Part shown: in pieces, positions 41,701 to 49,500 of the stretch
How positions within the stretch are numbered: the first letter of the stretch is position 1
Layout: each line of letters begins with the position of its first letter
NCBI GenBank assembly: GCA_031256995.1
Contig: JAIRPL010000022.1
Location: forward strand, 1-64,000
Reading direction: 5' to 3'
Source: Puniceicoccales bacterium
Lineage (GTDB): Bacteria; Verrucomicrobiota; Verrucomicrobiia; Opitutales; UBA953
Length of the DNA: 64,000 bases
Program-made: the position numbers and the translations under genes
Notes under the pieces: model-generated
What the model was told of the DNA's origin: nothing
What the model saw: only the letters and a program-made list of their open reading frames with translations
The model's database searches: none

Positions 41701-42104
41701 GCCCCGCCACCGGGACGGAAAAAATCAACCCCCTCGCGCCCCACTACCTCGTTTACGTGCGCGCCGACGGCGAGGTGCGCCTCGCCTGCACCCAGGTCAA
41801 AACCATCCTCAGCCTCTTCCGCGAGCTTGCCCTCGGCAAAACCGAACCCTGCGCCGAACTCTGCCGCCTCTTTGACCGCGCCACCGCCAACGGCGCCGAC
41901 ATGGGCCACCCATCGCGCCTCATCCGCTCCGCCATCGAGTCCATCACCGCGACCTTCCAGCAAAAACTCGCCACAGGCCTGCAAACCAGCCGCCAGTTCA
42001 TCCTCCCCGCCGTCGAAGAGCAGCCCCGAGCCAACGAAACCGAATTCGAACTCGTCACCTGGCTGGTGATTCATTCCGAACCCGCCACTGCCGGCCTTGG
42101 GTGA
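38715..42104 (+). CDS. PLD-family nuclease domain (single HKD) fused to an SNF2-family helicase, 1129 aa
   Basis: HKD motif HGKMSHIRRGEVSAAIVGSSNFTTRGL; SNF2 motifs ILADSVGLGKT, VVIDESHNFRN, LLLSATPVNN, QRFGRVDRIGS. The last ~125 aa are duplicated at 43973-44340. Confidence 0.8.
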   Translation: MSIPSLHNSSGIRDNHHRGTVGDFLRAELRAGAELDIVTAYFTVFAYDRLRAQLDNLGRIRLLFGEAAFIRNLDPGRKEGAACVLRDDGIAPASGLNQRHIAQACAAWIRDKVEVRSVTRTGFLHGKMSHIRRGEVSAAIVGSSNFTTRGLGLGAANNNVELNLVVDGNRDRADLQQWFEELWNDTSRVEDVKQAVLDYLLQVYRDQPPEFIYFKTLFEVFRRFIDEGRDIEESLRRIRLPETGIWNSLFAFQKDGAKSAINKLKTHGGCILADSVGLGKTYEALAVIKYFELRNEKVLVLCPSKLRGNWDLYPAHCASRHNPFAADRFGYTVLAHTDLSREGGASGAVQELRDFHWGAFDLVVIDESHNFRNNTLGKPREDGAERRSRYQRLMQDIIQSGARTKVLLLSATPVNNSLADLRNQLSFIAGGDVARDTPEGLAADAFFSGNLGIPSLRATTREARKRFTEWSKKPVEQRQKKDLIHVLGGDFIRLLDAITIARSRKHVSRHYQAEMARLGGFPARTPPVSLHPGIDTAGEFPPYDVIAEKLAEYKLWVFRPAEHLRATLPPATVEHYTRRIGGFTQQGRERILTHMMRITLLKRLESSIDSFRRSLVTTLDKIDRLEQRMAAFETRRDANPDLDFEALAPEDVEDDDPELAAALEIGRRVTFKMAHLDLDAWRARLAEDRRQLNGLLKLAEPVTPARDAKLAELRARLAAKIQNPPLDKDGLPNRKVLVFTAYADTARYLYDNLHRWLREDLGIHASLVVGSGRNASTLTPGSDYTAILTDFAPRAKRRAGDPAAPQVDVLIASDCISEGQNLQDCDTVINYDIHWNPVRIIQRFGRVDRIGSRATAVHLVNFWPTAHLDRYINLKQRVEARMALVDLTATQTDNPLDEKQLEDLVTTDLRLRDRQLERMRKEILDLEDLEDSVTLADFSLDDFRADLLRFLELNREQLEKAPPGLHAVVPARADLPLTAGGGIIFCLRQKGAAAARPATGTEKINPLAPHYLVYVRADGEVRLACTQVKTILSLFRELALGKTEPCAELCRLFDRATANGADMGHPSRLIRSAIESITATFQQKLATGLQTSRQFILPAVEEQPRANETEFELVTWLVIHSEPATAGLG
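41703..42070. repeat. direct repeat D1 (~368 bp, ~97% identical to 43973-44340), encoding the C-terminal domain of the PLD::SNF2 protein
   Basis: Base-by-base comparison of the two segments shows only a handful of substitutions. Confidence 0.85.
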
Positions 42105-42213
42105 GCCTTTGGTCTAAAATTTAATAAGACGCATTTGACTTTATTCCTTGATTCTCAATCAATTATAAAACAACATTGTCTTAGGTAAAAACTTTTATAT
42201 TAGGAATTCCCCC

Positions 42214-43671
42214 ATGCGTTCCCCTTGGAGTTTCTACGGCCGTCGTGTCGAATTGAGCCAGTTGCAGGCCATTCTTGCCCGGCGTCGCTGGTTCTTTCTC
42301 CAGATATCCGGACGGCGGCGCATCGGCAAAACCACGCTCATTCAGGAGGCCTTGAGCGCCGAGCAACGCGCACGCACGCTCTACCTGCAAATTCCCGATT
42401 CCGATCCCGTTGGAGTTGTCGCCGCCTGTAACGGCTATCTGGAGACTTTTGGGCGGCCTGAGCGCGTGTCCGACCTGGGAGAACTCGCCCGGCTCGTGGC
42501 GCGTCTGGCCGAGGCCGGCCACATTGTGGCCATCGACGAATTCCAATATTTTCACCGCAAGCCGCTCGGTGACTTCTGCTCCCTGCTTCAGGCCGAGGTG
42601 GACCGCCTTGCCGCCCGCGCATCCGAAATCTCCGGCGGGCTTATTGTCCTCGGCTCCCTGCACGCGGAGATGACCGCCCTGTTGGAAAACCGCGATGCGC
42701 CGCTTTTTAATCGCACCACAGACCGGCTCGATCTTGGGCACCTGGACACCGCCTCGATTCTCGAAATCCTGCGAGTCCATGCCGACACCTCTCCACAACG
42801 CCTCCTCTTCCTCTGGAATCTCTTTGAGGGCGTGCCCAAATTCTACCGCGACGCCTACGAGCAGGACGTGCTTGGCGCGGAACGCCGCAAGCTCCTTCAG
42901 CGCCTTTTCTTCGCCAGCTCCTCGCCCCTGCGCGGCGAGGCCGACAACTGGTTCCTTCGCGAACTTCGCGGCCGCTACGACATGGTGCTCCAGCACCTGG
43001 CAAAGCATCCCGGCTGCACCAATGCCGAGATCGAGGCCGCCATCGCCCAGGTATCCCGGGCCGGGGAGACCAAGCAGATCGGCGGTTACCTGAAAATTCT
43101 CACCGAGCGTTACCGCATGATCGAGCGAAAGCTCCCCACCTTCTCCCCCGCCAAGGCGCGGAGCGGCCGCTACTACATTCGCGACAATTTCCTCCGCGCC
43201 TGGCTCTCCGCCCTCCAGCGCCCCGTCTCCGCCACCGCCTTCCGCCCCCTGGAGGAACTCATCACCCAGGCCGACGAGCGCCTCGCCACGGTCGAAGGCC
43301 ACGCCCTGGAGGCCCTCGCCGGCCAGCTCTACGAAGAACGCAGCCGCCTCGGCCTCGGCGATTTCCCGCTGAGTGACCGCATCCACGGCTACTGGGATCG
43401 CGGCGACGTCGAGATCGACCTGGTGGCCGTTTCCGAGCCTGGACAACGCATCCGTTTCGGCACCTGCCGCCGCAACCCGGAAAAACTCCTCTCCTCCCTC
43501 GACAGCCTGCGCTCCGGGGCCGGGTCATTCATCCAGGCCCAGGGACGCTTCCGCGGCTGGAGGTGCGAGTTCGTCGCCATCGCGCCGGAAATCGCCCCGG
43601 ATCTCCGCCACCGCCTGCAACAAGCCGGCGTCATCGCCCAGGACCTGCACGACCTCACCGCCGGCCTCTGA
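42214..43671 (+). CDS. AAA+ ATPase (archaeal-ATPase-like) with a DUF234-like C-terminal domain (predicted PD-(D/E)xK-like)
   Basis: FYGRRVELSQL...FFLQISGRRRIGKTTL (P-loop); Walker B VAIDEFQY; C-terminal DVEIDLVAVSEPGQRIRFGTCRRNPEK. Preceded by a ~110-bp AT-rich promoter-like spacer. Confidence 0.75.
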   Translation: MRSPWSFYGRRVELSQLQAILARRRWFFLQISGRRRIGKTTLIQEALSAEQRARTLYLQIPDSDPVGVVAACNGYLETFGRPERVSDLGELARLVARLAEAGHIVAIDEFQYFHRKPLGDFCSLLQAEVDRLAARASEISGGLIVLGSLHAEMTALLENRDAPLFNRTTDRLDLGHLDTASILEILRVHADTSPQRLLFLWNLFEGVPKFYRDAYEQDVLGAERRKLLQRLFFASSSPLRGEADNWFLRELRGRYDMVLQHLAKHPGCTNAEIEAAIAQVSRAGETKQIGGYLKILTERYRMIERKLPTFSPAKARSGRYYIRDNFLRAWLSALQRPVSATAFRPLEELITQADERLATVEGHALEALAGQLYEERSRLGLGDFPLSDRIHGYWDRGDVEIDLVAVSEPGQRIRFGTCRRNPEKLLSSLDSLRSGAGSFIQAQGRFRGWRCEFVAIAPEIAPDLRHRLQQAGVIAQDLHDLTAGL

Positions 43672-43867
43672 TATCGGGTTGACGCGCGCACCGCGCCAGC
43701 GCCCCTATTGTTCAGAAGACCTCACCGCCGGCCTCTGGCATCCCATCCGCCTCAACCATCCCATCCGCCTCGACCATCCGCCTCATGCCCGAAACCCTCC
43801 ATTCCTCCCTCCGGTCCGCCCTCGCCGCCTTCAACGGCCAACCCCTGCGCGAGGCCGCCCTCGGTTT
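43653..43867. repeat. direct repeat R1 (~215 bp), near-identical to R2 at 46348-46558
   Basis: Starts inside the last codons (…LTAGL*) of the upstream gene. Contains two internal copies of CCTCACCGCCGGCCTCTG and the ATG plus first 29 codons MPETLHSSLRSALAAFNGQPLREAALGFF. Confidence 0.85.
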
Positions 43868-44372
43868 CTTCAAAACGCTCGGCTATTCCAGCCAGCGCAC
43901 GGTCATCGTCCCCAAGTCCGCCCCGCGCACCTTTCTCGGCCTCTTCGCCAAAAACGCTGGCGCCGCCCGCCCCACCACCGGGACGGAAAAAATCAACCCC
44001 CTCGCGCCCCACTACCTCGTTTACGTGCGCGCCGACGGCGAGGTGCGCCTCGCCTGCACCCAGGTCAAAACCATCCTCGGCCTCTTCCGCGAGCTTGCCC
44101 TCGGCAAAACCGAACCCTGCGCCGAACTCTGCCGCCTCTTCGACCGCGCCACCGCCAACGGCGCCGACATGGGCCACCCGTCGCGCCTCATCCGCTCCGC
44201 CATCGAGTCCATCACCGCGACCTTCCAGCAAAAACTCGCCACAGGCCTGCAAACCAGCCGCCAGTTCATCCTCCCCGCCGTCGAAGAGCAGCCCCGCGCC
44301 AACGAAACCGAATTCGCCCTTGTCACCTGGTTGGTGTTGCACCCGTCCGCAGGCCAGGCTTCCACCACGTAA
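43785..44372 (+). pseudogene. chimeric 195-aa ORF: MTase-like N-terminus (from R1) joined in frame to a paralogue of the SNF2 C-terminal domain (D2); probable recombination junction
   Basis: First 29 aa identical to the MTase start; next ~20 aa weakly MTase-like; then FLGLFAKNAGAARPTTGTEKINPL onward is ~97% identical to the SNF2 C-terminus. Confidence 0.5.
43973..44340. repeat. direct repeat D2, the copy of D1
   Basis: See D1. Confidence 0.85.
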
Positions 44373-44398
44373 ACCCCCGCACGCCTTTCTCCTCCTCC

Positions 44399-45886
44399 AT
44401 GCCCGCCGCCATTCCGCGCTCCTCCATCTTTGTGAGTTCCGTCCAGAAGGAACTCCAGGCAGAACGCCGCGCGCTCAAGGACTATGTGCACGGCGATCCG
44501 CTCTTGTCGCAATTTTTCGAAGTCTTCCTGTTCGAGGATGTCCCCGTGTCCGGCCGGCGCGCCGACCAAGTTTATCTCGCCGAGGTGGATCGCTGCGATC
44601 TCTACCTCGGGCTTTTCGGACAGGAATACGGTTGCGAGGACACCGAGGGCATCTCACCCACCGAGCGCGAGTTCGACCGCGCGGGCGCCGCCGGAAAAGA
44701 CCGCCGCATCTGGGTGCTCGGCGCCGACGCCACCCGCCACCCGAGGATGCAGGCCCTCGTTCGCAAGGCCGGCGACCAGGTCGTCCGCCGGCGTGCCGCC
44801 TCCATCGACGATCTAAAGTCCGCCGTCTACGCCAGCCTCGTCGAACACCTCTCCCGCCAAGGCATCATCCAGTCCGGCCCCTTCGAGGATGGCCCCTGCG
44901 TCACCGCCCACGCCACAGCGACCGAGGCCGACCTCTCCCCCGAAGCCGTCGCCGCCTTTGTCCGCCACGCCCGCGCTGCGCGCCAGTTTCCCCTGCCGGA
45001 AAACACACCCGTCGCCAACATCCTTGCCCACCTGCACTTGCTCGCTGGCGACACGTCGTCGCGCGCCGCCGTGCTGCTCTTCGGCCGCGACCCCATCCGC
45101 TGGCTGCCCTCTGCCGAGATTCGCTGCATGCACTTCCACGGCACCGAGGTCGCCCGCCCCGTGCCGCTCTACCAGATTTTCAGGGGCACCGTCCTCGAGC
45201 AGGTGGACCTCGCCACCAATTTCGTGCTCAGCGTCATCAACCGCAGCGTCGGCACCCGCGCCCTGAGCAACGCCGCCCCCGTCGCCTACGAGATCCCGCC
45301 CGACGTCGTGCGCGAGGCCATCGTCAACGCCGTCGCCCATCGCGACTACGCGTCCGCCGCCGCCATCCAAGTCTCCGTCTTTGCCGACCGGATCGAGATT
45401 CGCAACCCCGGCGGTCTGCGCCCGCCCCTCACCCCGGAAAAACTCCGCTTCCCGCACACTTCGATTGCGCGCAACGCCCACCTCTGCGACGCGCTTTTCC
45501 TTGCCCGCTACATCGAGAAATTCGGCACCGGCACCCTCATGATGATCCGCGAGAGCCGCGCCCACGCCCTTGCCGAGCCCGATTTCGCCACCGATTCCGG
45601 GGAATTCGTCCTTACTCTCTGGCGCGACCTCTATACAACAATCCACCTCGCTGGTCTCGGGCTTAACGACCGCCAGCTTGCAGCCATCACTTGGGTGAAA
45701 ACCCATGGTCGCATCACCAACGCGGAATTCCAGACCCATTTCAGCGCGGCCAAACGCACGGCATCCCAGGATTTATCCGCGCTCGTTGCGGCGGGCGTAT
45801 TCGAGAAACAGGGCACGACCGGCAAAGGCGTTTTCTACCGACTAAACAAAGGGGCACCAAAGGGGCATAAGGGGCATTCCACATGA
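44399..45886 (+). CDS. DUF4062-like N-terminal domain plus AlbA_2 (Schlafen-like) and HATPase_c_4 domains; putative defence or regulatory protein
   Basis: N-terminus SIFVSSVQKELQAERRALKDYV...VFLFEDVPVS...CDLYLGLFGQEYG (DUF4062-like, TIR-like pattern). Middle ENTPVANILAHLHLLAGDTSSRAAVLLFGRDP (AlbA_2-like). C-terminus VNAVAHRDYASAAAIQVSVFADRIEIRNPGGL (HATPase_c_4-like). Confidence 0.7.
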   Translation: MPAAIPRSSIFVSSVQKELQAERRALKDYVHGDPLLSQFFEVFLFEDVPVSGRRADQVYLAEVDRCDLYLGLFGQEYGCEDTEGISPTEREFDRAGAAGKDRRIWVLGADATRHPRMQALVRKAGDQVVRRRAASIDDLKSAVYASLVEHLSRQGIIQSGPFEDGPCVTAHATATEADLSPEAVAAFVRHARAARQFPLPENTPVANILAHLHLLAGDTSSRAAVLLFGRDPIRWLPSAEIRCMHFHGTEVARPVPLYQIFRGTVLEQVDLATNFVLSVINRSVGTRALSNAAPVAYEIPPDVVREAIVNAVAHRDYASAAAIQVSVFADRIEIRNPGGLRPPLTPEKLRFPHTSIARNAHLCDALFLARYIEKFGTGTLMMIRESRAHALAEPDFATDSGEFVLTLWRDLYTTIHLAGLGLNDRQLAAITWVKTHGRITNAEFQTHFSAAKRTASQDLSALVAAGVFEKQGTTGKGVFYRLNKGAPKGHKGHST

Positions 45887-46072
45887 TCACTCTGCCAAAG
45901 GAGCCAAAGGGGCCAGACGTATGACTATGTGTCCATCGTCTCATGCCGGCCACAAAGGGGCCAAGCGGCACTCATCACCAGAACCGCCTTGCCTCAAACG
46001 GTTTCGGCATGGGCTTGGCGCCCGGCTCCGTTTCGCATCGCCCCCTCACCTCCGCAAGTTACCCAGCAAGCC

Positions 46073-46366
46073 ACCATGCAAGATAAGCCATTGGTAAATG
46101 ATGCCTTGTTTGAGTTGGCTGCCGCCTTGGACGTCCCTGCCACGCGAGTCACCCAGCAAGCCGCCGGGCAAGCCGCCAACCTGCTCCAAGCGGCCATCGA
46201 ATCCGCCACCCGGGAAAACCTGCAGGAGGCGATGAACTTGCAAGACCGCAGGCACTTCCGCCAAATCTGCCCCGAACCGCAGTTCAAGCCCGGTTGGCCT
46301 GAACGCACCATCCCCGGCAAGCCCACCAGTCCCCGCCAGCGCCACCGCCTCACCGCCGGCCTCTGA
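46073..46366 (+). CDS. small hypothetical ORF (~97 aa) ending inside repeat R2
   Basis: ORF in cargo position; ends …RHRLTAGL*, the same tail as the AAA-DUF234 gene because of the repeat edge. Coding status uncertain. Confidence 0.3.
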   Translation, partial: TMQDKPLVNDALFELAAALDVPATRVTQQAAGQAANLLQAAIESATRENLQEAMNLQDRRHFRQICPEPQFKPGWPERTIPGKPTSPRQRHRLTAGL

Positions 46367-46558
46367 TATGGTTGACGCGCGCACCGCGAGAGTGCCCCTA
46401 TTGTTCAGACGACCTCACCGCCGGCCTCTGGCATCCCATCCGCCTCAACCATCCATCCGCCTCGACCATCCGCCTCATGCCCGAAACCCTCCATTCCTCC
46501 CTCCGGTCCGCCCTCGCCGCCTTCAACGGCCAACCCCTGCGCGAGGCCGCCCTCGGTT
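46348..46558. repeat. direct repeat R2 (copy of R1), carrying the start of the giant MTase gene
   Basis: See R1; offset between copies is 2695 bp. Confidence 0.85.
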
Positions 46559-49500
46559 TTTTCGGCGCCTGTGGCTACCGCAGCGCCCGCGTTCTCCCGA
46601 TCAACTCGCTCGCCGAATTGCGTGCCCGCTTCGACACTGATGGTCTTCTCACGGAGGCCAACGCGGCTCTCTCCCGCTGGCGCTCCATCCATTTCCTCTT
46701 CCAGCTCACCGACGCCGAACTGCGCACCGCGACCGAGGGCGCTCTTGATCTCGACATTGCCGAACCCTACGAGACCAAGGATATCCGTTCCTACCTCTTC
46801 TTTGCGCTCGATCTTGAGGCCCGGCCCGACGGTTTGCCGACCACCCGTAAGGAGCTTTCCGAGATTACTCGTGCACTCAACCGCCTTGTCCCCCAGCCGA
46901 TCCTCGTCCTCTTCCGTTGCGGAGACCTCCTTTCGCTCGCGATCATCAACCGCCGAAAAAACCTTCGTGATGGCACCCGCGATGTCCTCACTCGCGTCTC
47001 CCTGATCCGCGACATCGCACCCGTTGCACCCCATCGCGCCCACCTCGACCTCCTCGGGCGTTTCTCGCTGCGACAGCTCCGCACTCATGGCGACGAAATT
47101 CGGACTTTTACCCAGCTCGACAACGCATGGCAAAAGCTCTTCTCCATCCAGGAACTCAAGGACTCCTTCTATCGCGACCTCGTCACATGGTTCCGCTGGG
47201 CTGCCGCCGAGATCAAACTCGCCCGATTGCCTGACCACACTCCCGATGACATCGCACACCGCGCTCGCGCCACGCAGGAATTCACTGTCCGCCTGATCTG
47301 CCGAACCCTCTTTGCGTGGTTTCTCAAAGAAATGCGGCTCATCCCCGCTGAACTGCTGGAGCTTTACACAATCACCGATCAGCGCCGCGTGCTCACTCGT
47401 GCGCCCTACGATCCCGAGTCCAATCACTACTATCGAGGCGTCCTCCAAAACATTTTCTTCCAAGCGCTCAACCGTCCCATGGACCAGCGGCGCAAGACGG
47501 GACCCGCCGCTGCCCAAGACCGCACCGTCACCCGCGCCGAACTCAAGCAACTCGCCTACCTCGGTAAAAATCACCTGCCCGAGACCTTCGATTACGATCT
47601 GTTTGACCGCATCCCTTATCTCAACGGTGGTCTCTTCGACGCCCTCCCCGAGGACAACGCCTCCGACACCATAGACGATGGAGCCCTGCGCGTTCCCGAC
47701 AAACTCTTCTACGCCACGGCTGCGGACGGCTTTGCCATCGAAGTCGGCGGAAAAAAGAAGGCCAAATACTCCACCGAAGGCCTCAACCGCATCCTCGACC
47801 GCTATCGCTTCACCGTCGCCGAAAACACTCCGCTGGAAGAGGACGTCGCCCTCGACCCCGAGTTGCTCGGCCTCGTTTTCGAAAACCTTCTCGCTGAGAT
47901 CGATCCCGACGACAAAGCCGCCGCCGAGTCCGCGCGCAAGGCATCCGGCTCCTACTATACTCCGCGACGCATCGTGGACTACATGGTCAACGAGGCGCTC
48001 CACCTCCATCTGCGAACTCGTTTTGAGCAAATCGGCGCCACCCGGGACGATCTCCAGCTCCTCGCCCACCTCTGCTTCGAGTCCGGCGAAGACCTCGACT
48101 TTTCGCCCATTGCCGGACGTGTCGTGGACATTCTCGAATCCACTCGCGTGCTCGACCCCGCCTGTGGCTCCGGAGCATTCCCGATGGGCATGCTCCACCG
48201 CATGGTCACGCTCCTCGGCCGCGTGGACCCTGACAATGCACGCTGGAAACAACGCCTCCTCGACCGCCTGCCCGCTCCCATGCGCGACGACGCCAGCCGT
48301 GGCATGGAAGGCAAAAGCTACGATTACCTGCGCAAACTCGGCGTCATCCAGAAGAACCTCTACGGCGTGGACATCCAACCCCTCGCCGCTCTGATCGCCA
48401 AACTCCGTTTCTTCCTCACCCTCGTCATCGAGCAAGACGTTCAGCTCGCCGACCGCGCCCACAACTACGGCCTGCAATCCCTGCCCAACCTTGAGACCAA
48501 TCTTGTCTGCGCGAACACCCTGTGCAACGCCGAGCACGACCTTCTGGCCGGTCCCACACTGGAAAACCTCCGACGCATCCGCGAGGAATACTATCAACCC
48601 GGCACTCCTCGTGAACGCCGCGACGCCCTCGCTCTCGAAATCGGCGGCCAGCTCGCCACCCTCTTTCCCGGTTTCGCCGAGAAAACCAAGGGTATCCACT
48701 CAGCCAATGCCCAGATGCGCTACGAACAAGACCGGCAATGGCTCGCCGAGTGGTTCAAACACGCGACCGTCGCCGCCCCCTTCTTTAACGTCGAAACCTT
48801 CTTTCCCGAGTTGGTCGGCGAGGGTGCTAATCGCCATCCCGCGCCCTTCCACATCGTGATCGGCAATCCACCCTACGGCGGCACAAAAATCGGCGAAGAA
48901 CTGCAGGAGCAGCTTGGTCTCGGCTCCAAAGATCCCTACGGCGCTTTCATCGCTCGTTTTCTTGGCGACCCCGCCCGACCCAGTCCACTCGCCGAGGGCG
49001 GCGTGCTCGCCTACATCGTCAGCGACACCTTCATGACCATCAAGGCGCACCGCCCTCTGCGCGAGCAGATGCTCCGCCACCGCGTCCACAAGATGATCCG
49101 GGTTGCCGGCGACACCTTCAAAGCCACCGTCAACTGCGCCGTCATTCTCACCCAGCGCGGCCCGTCGACGGCCGACCATACCTGCCAGATGGCCGACCTC
49201 ACCAACGTCTCCATTCACGACCGCTTCGAGTATTTCCTCCACCTGCTGTATCAAACCGAAGGCACCGGCCCCATCAGCCGTCGGCAAAATGTCTCCAACC
49301 AAACCTACGCTATCTACCACTACCGCCAGAGCCTCATCACGACCAACAGCAACCTCCCCTTCTTCGTCGCTTCACCCAAGCTCTTCGCACTGATGAACGA
49401 CACCAGCGCACCGGTGTCGCATGAAATCATCAGCGGAAAACGTGTGCCTGTGCGCACCATCACACTCAACGGCAATGCGGTGCGATTGGTGAAGCTAAGG

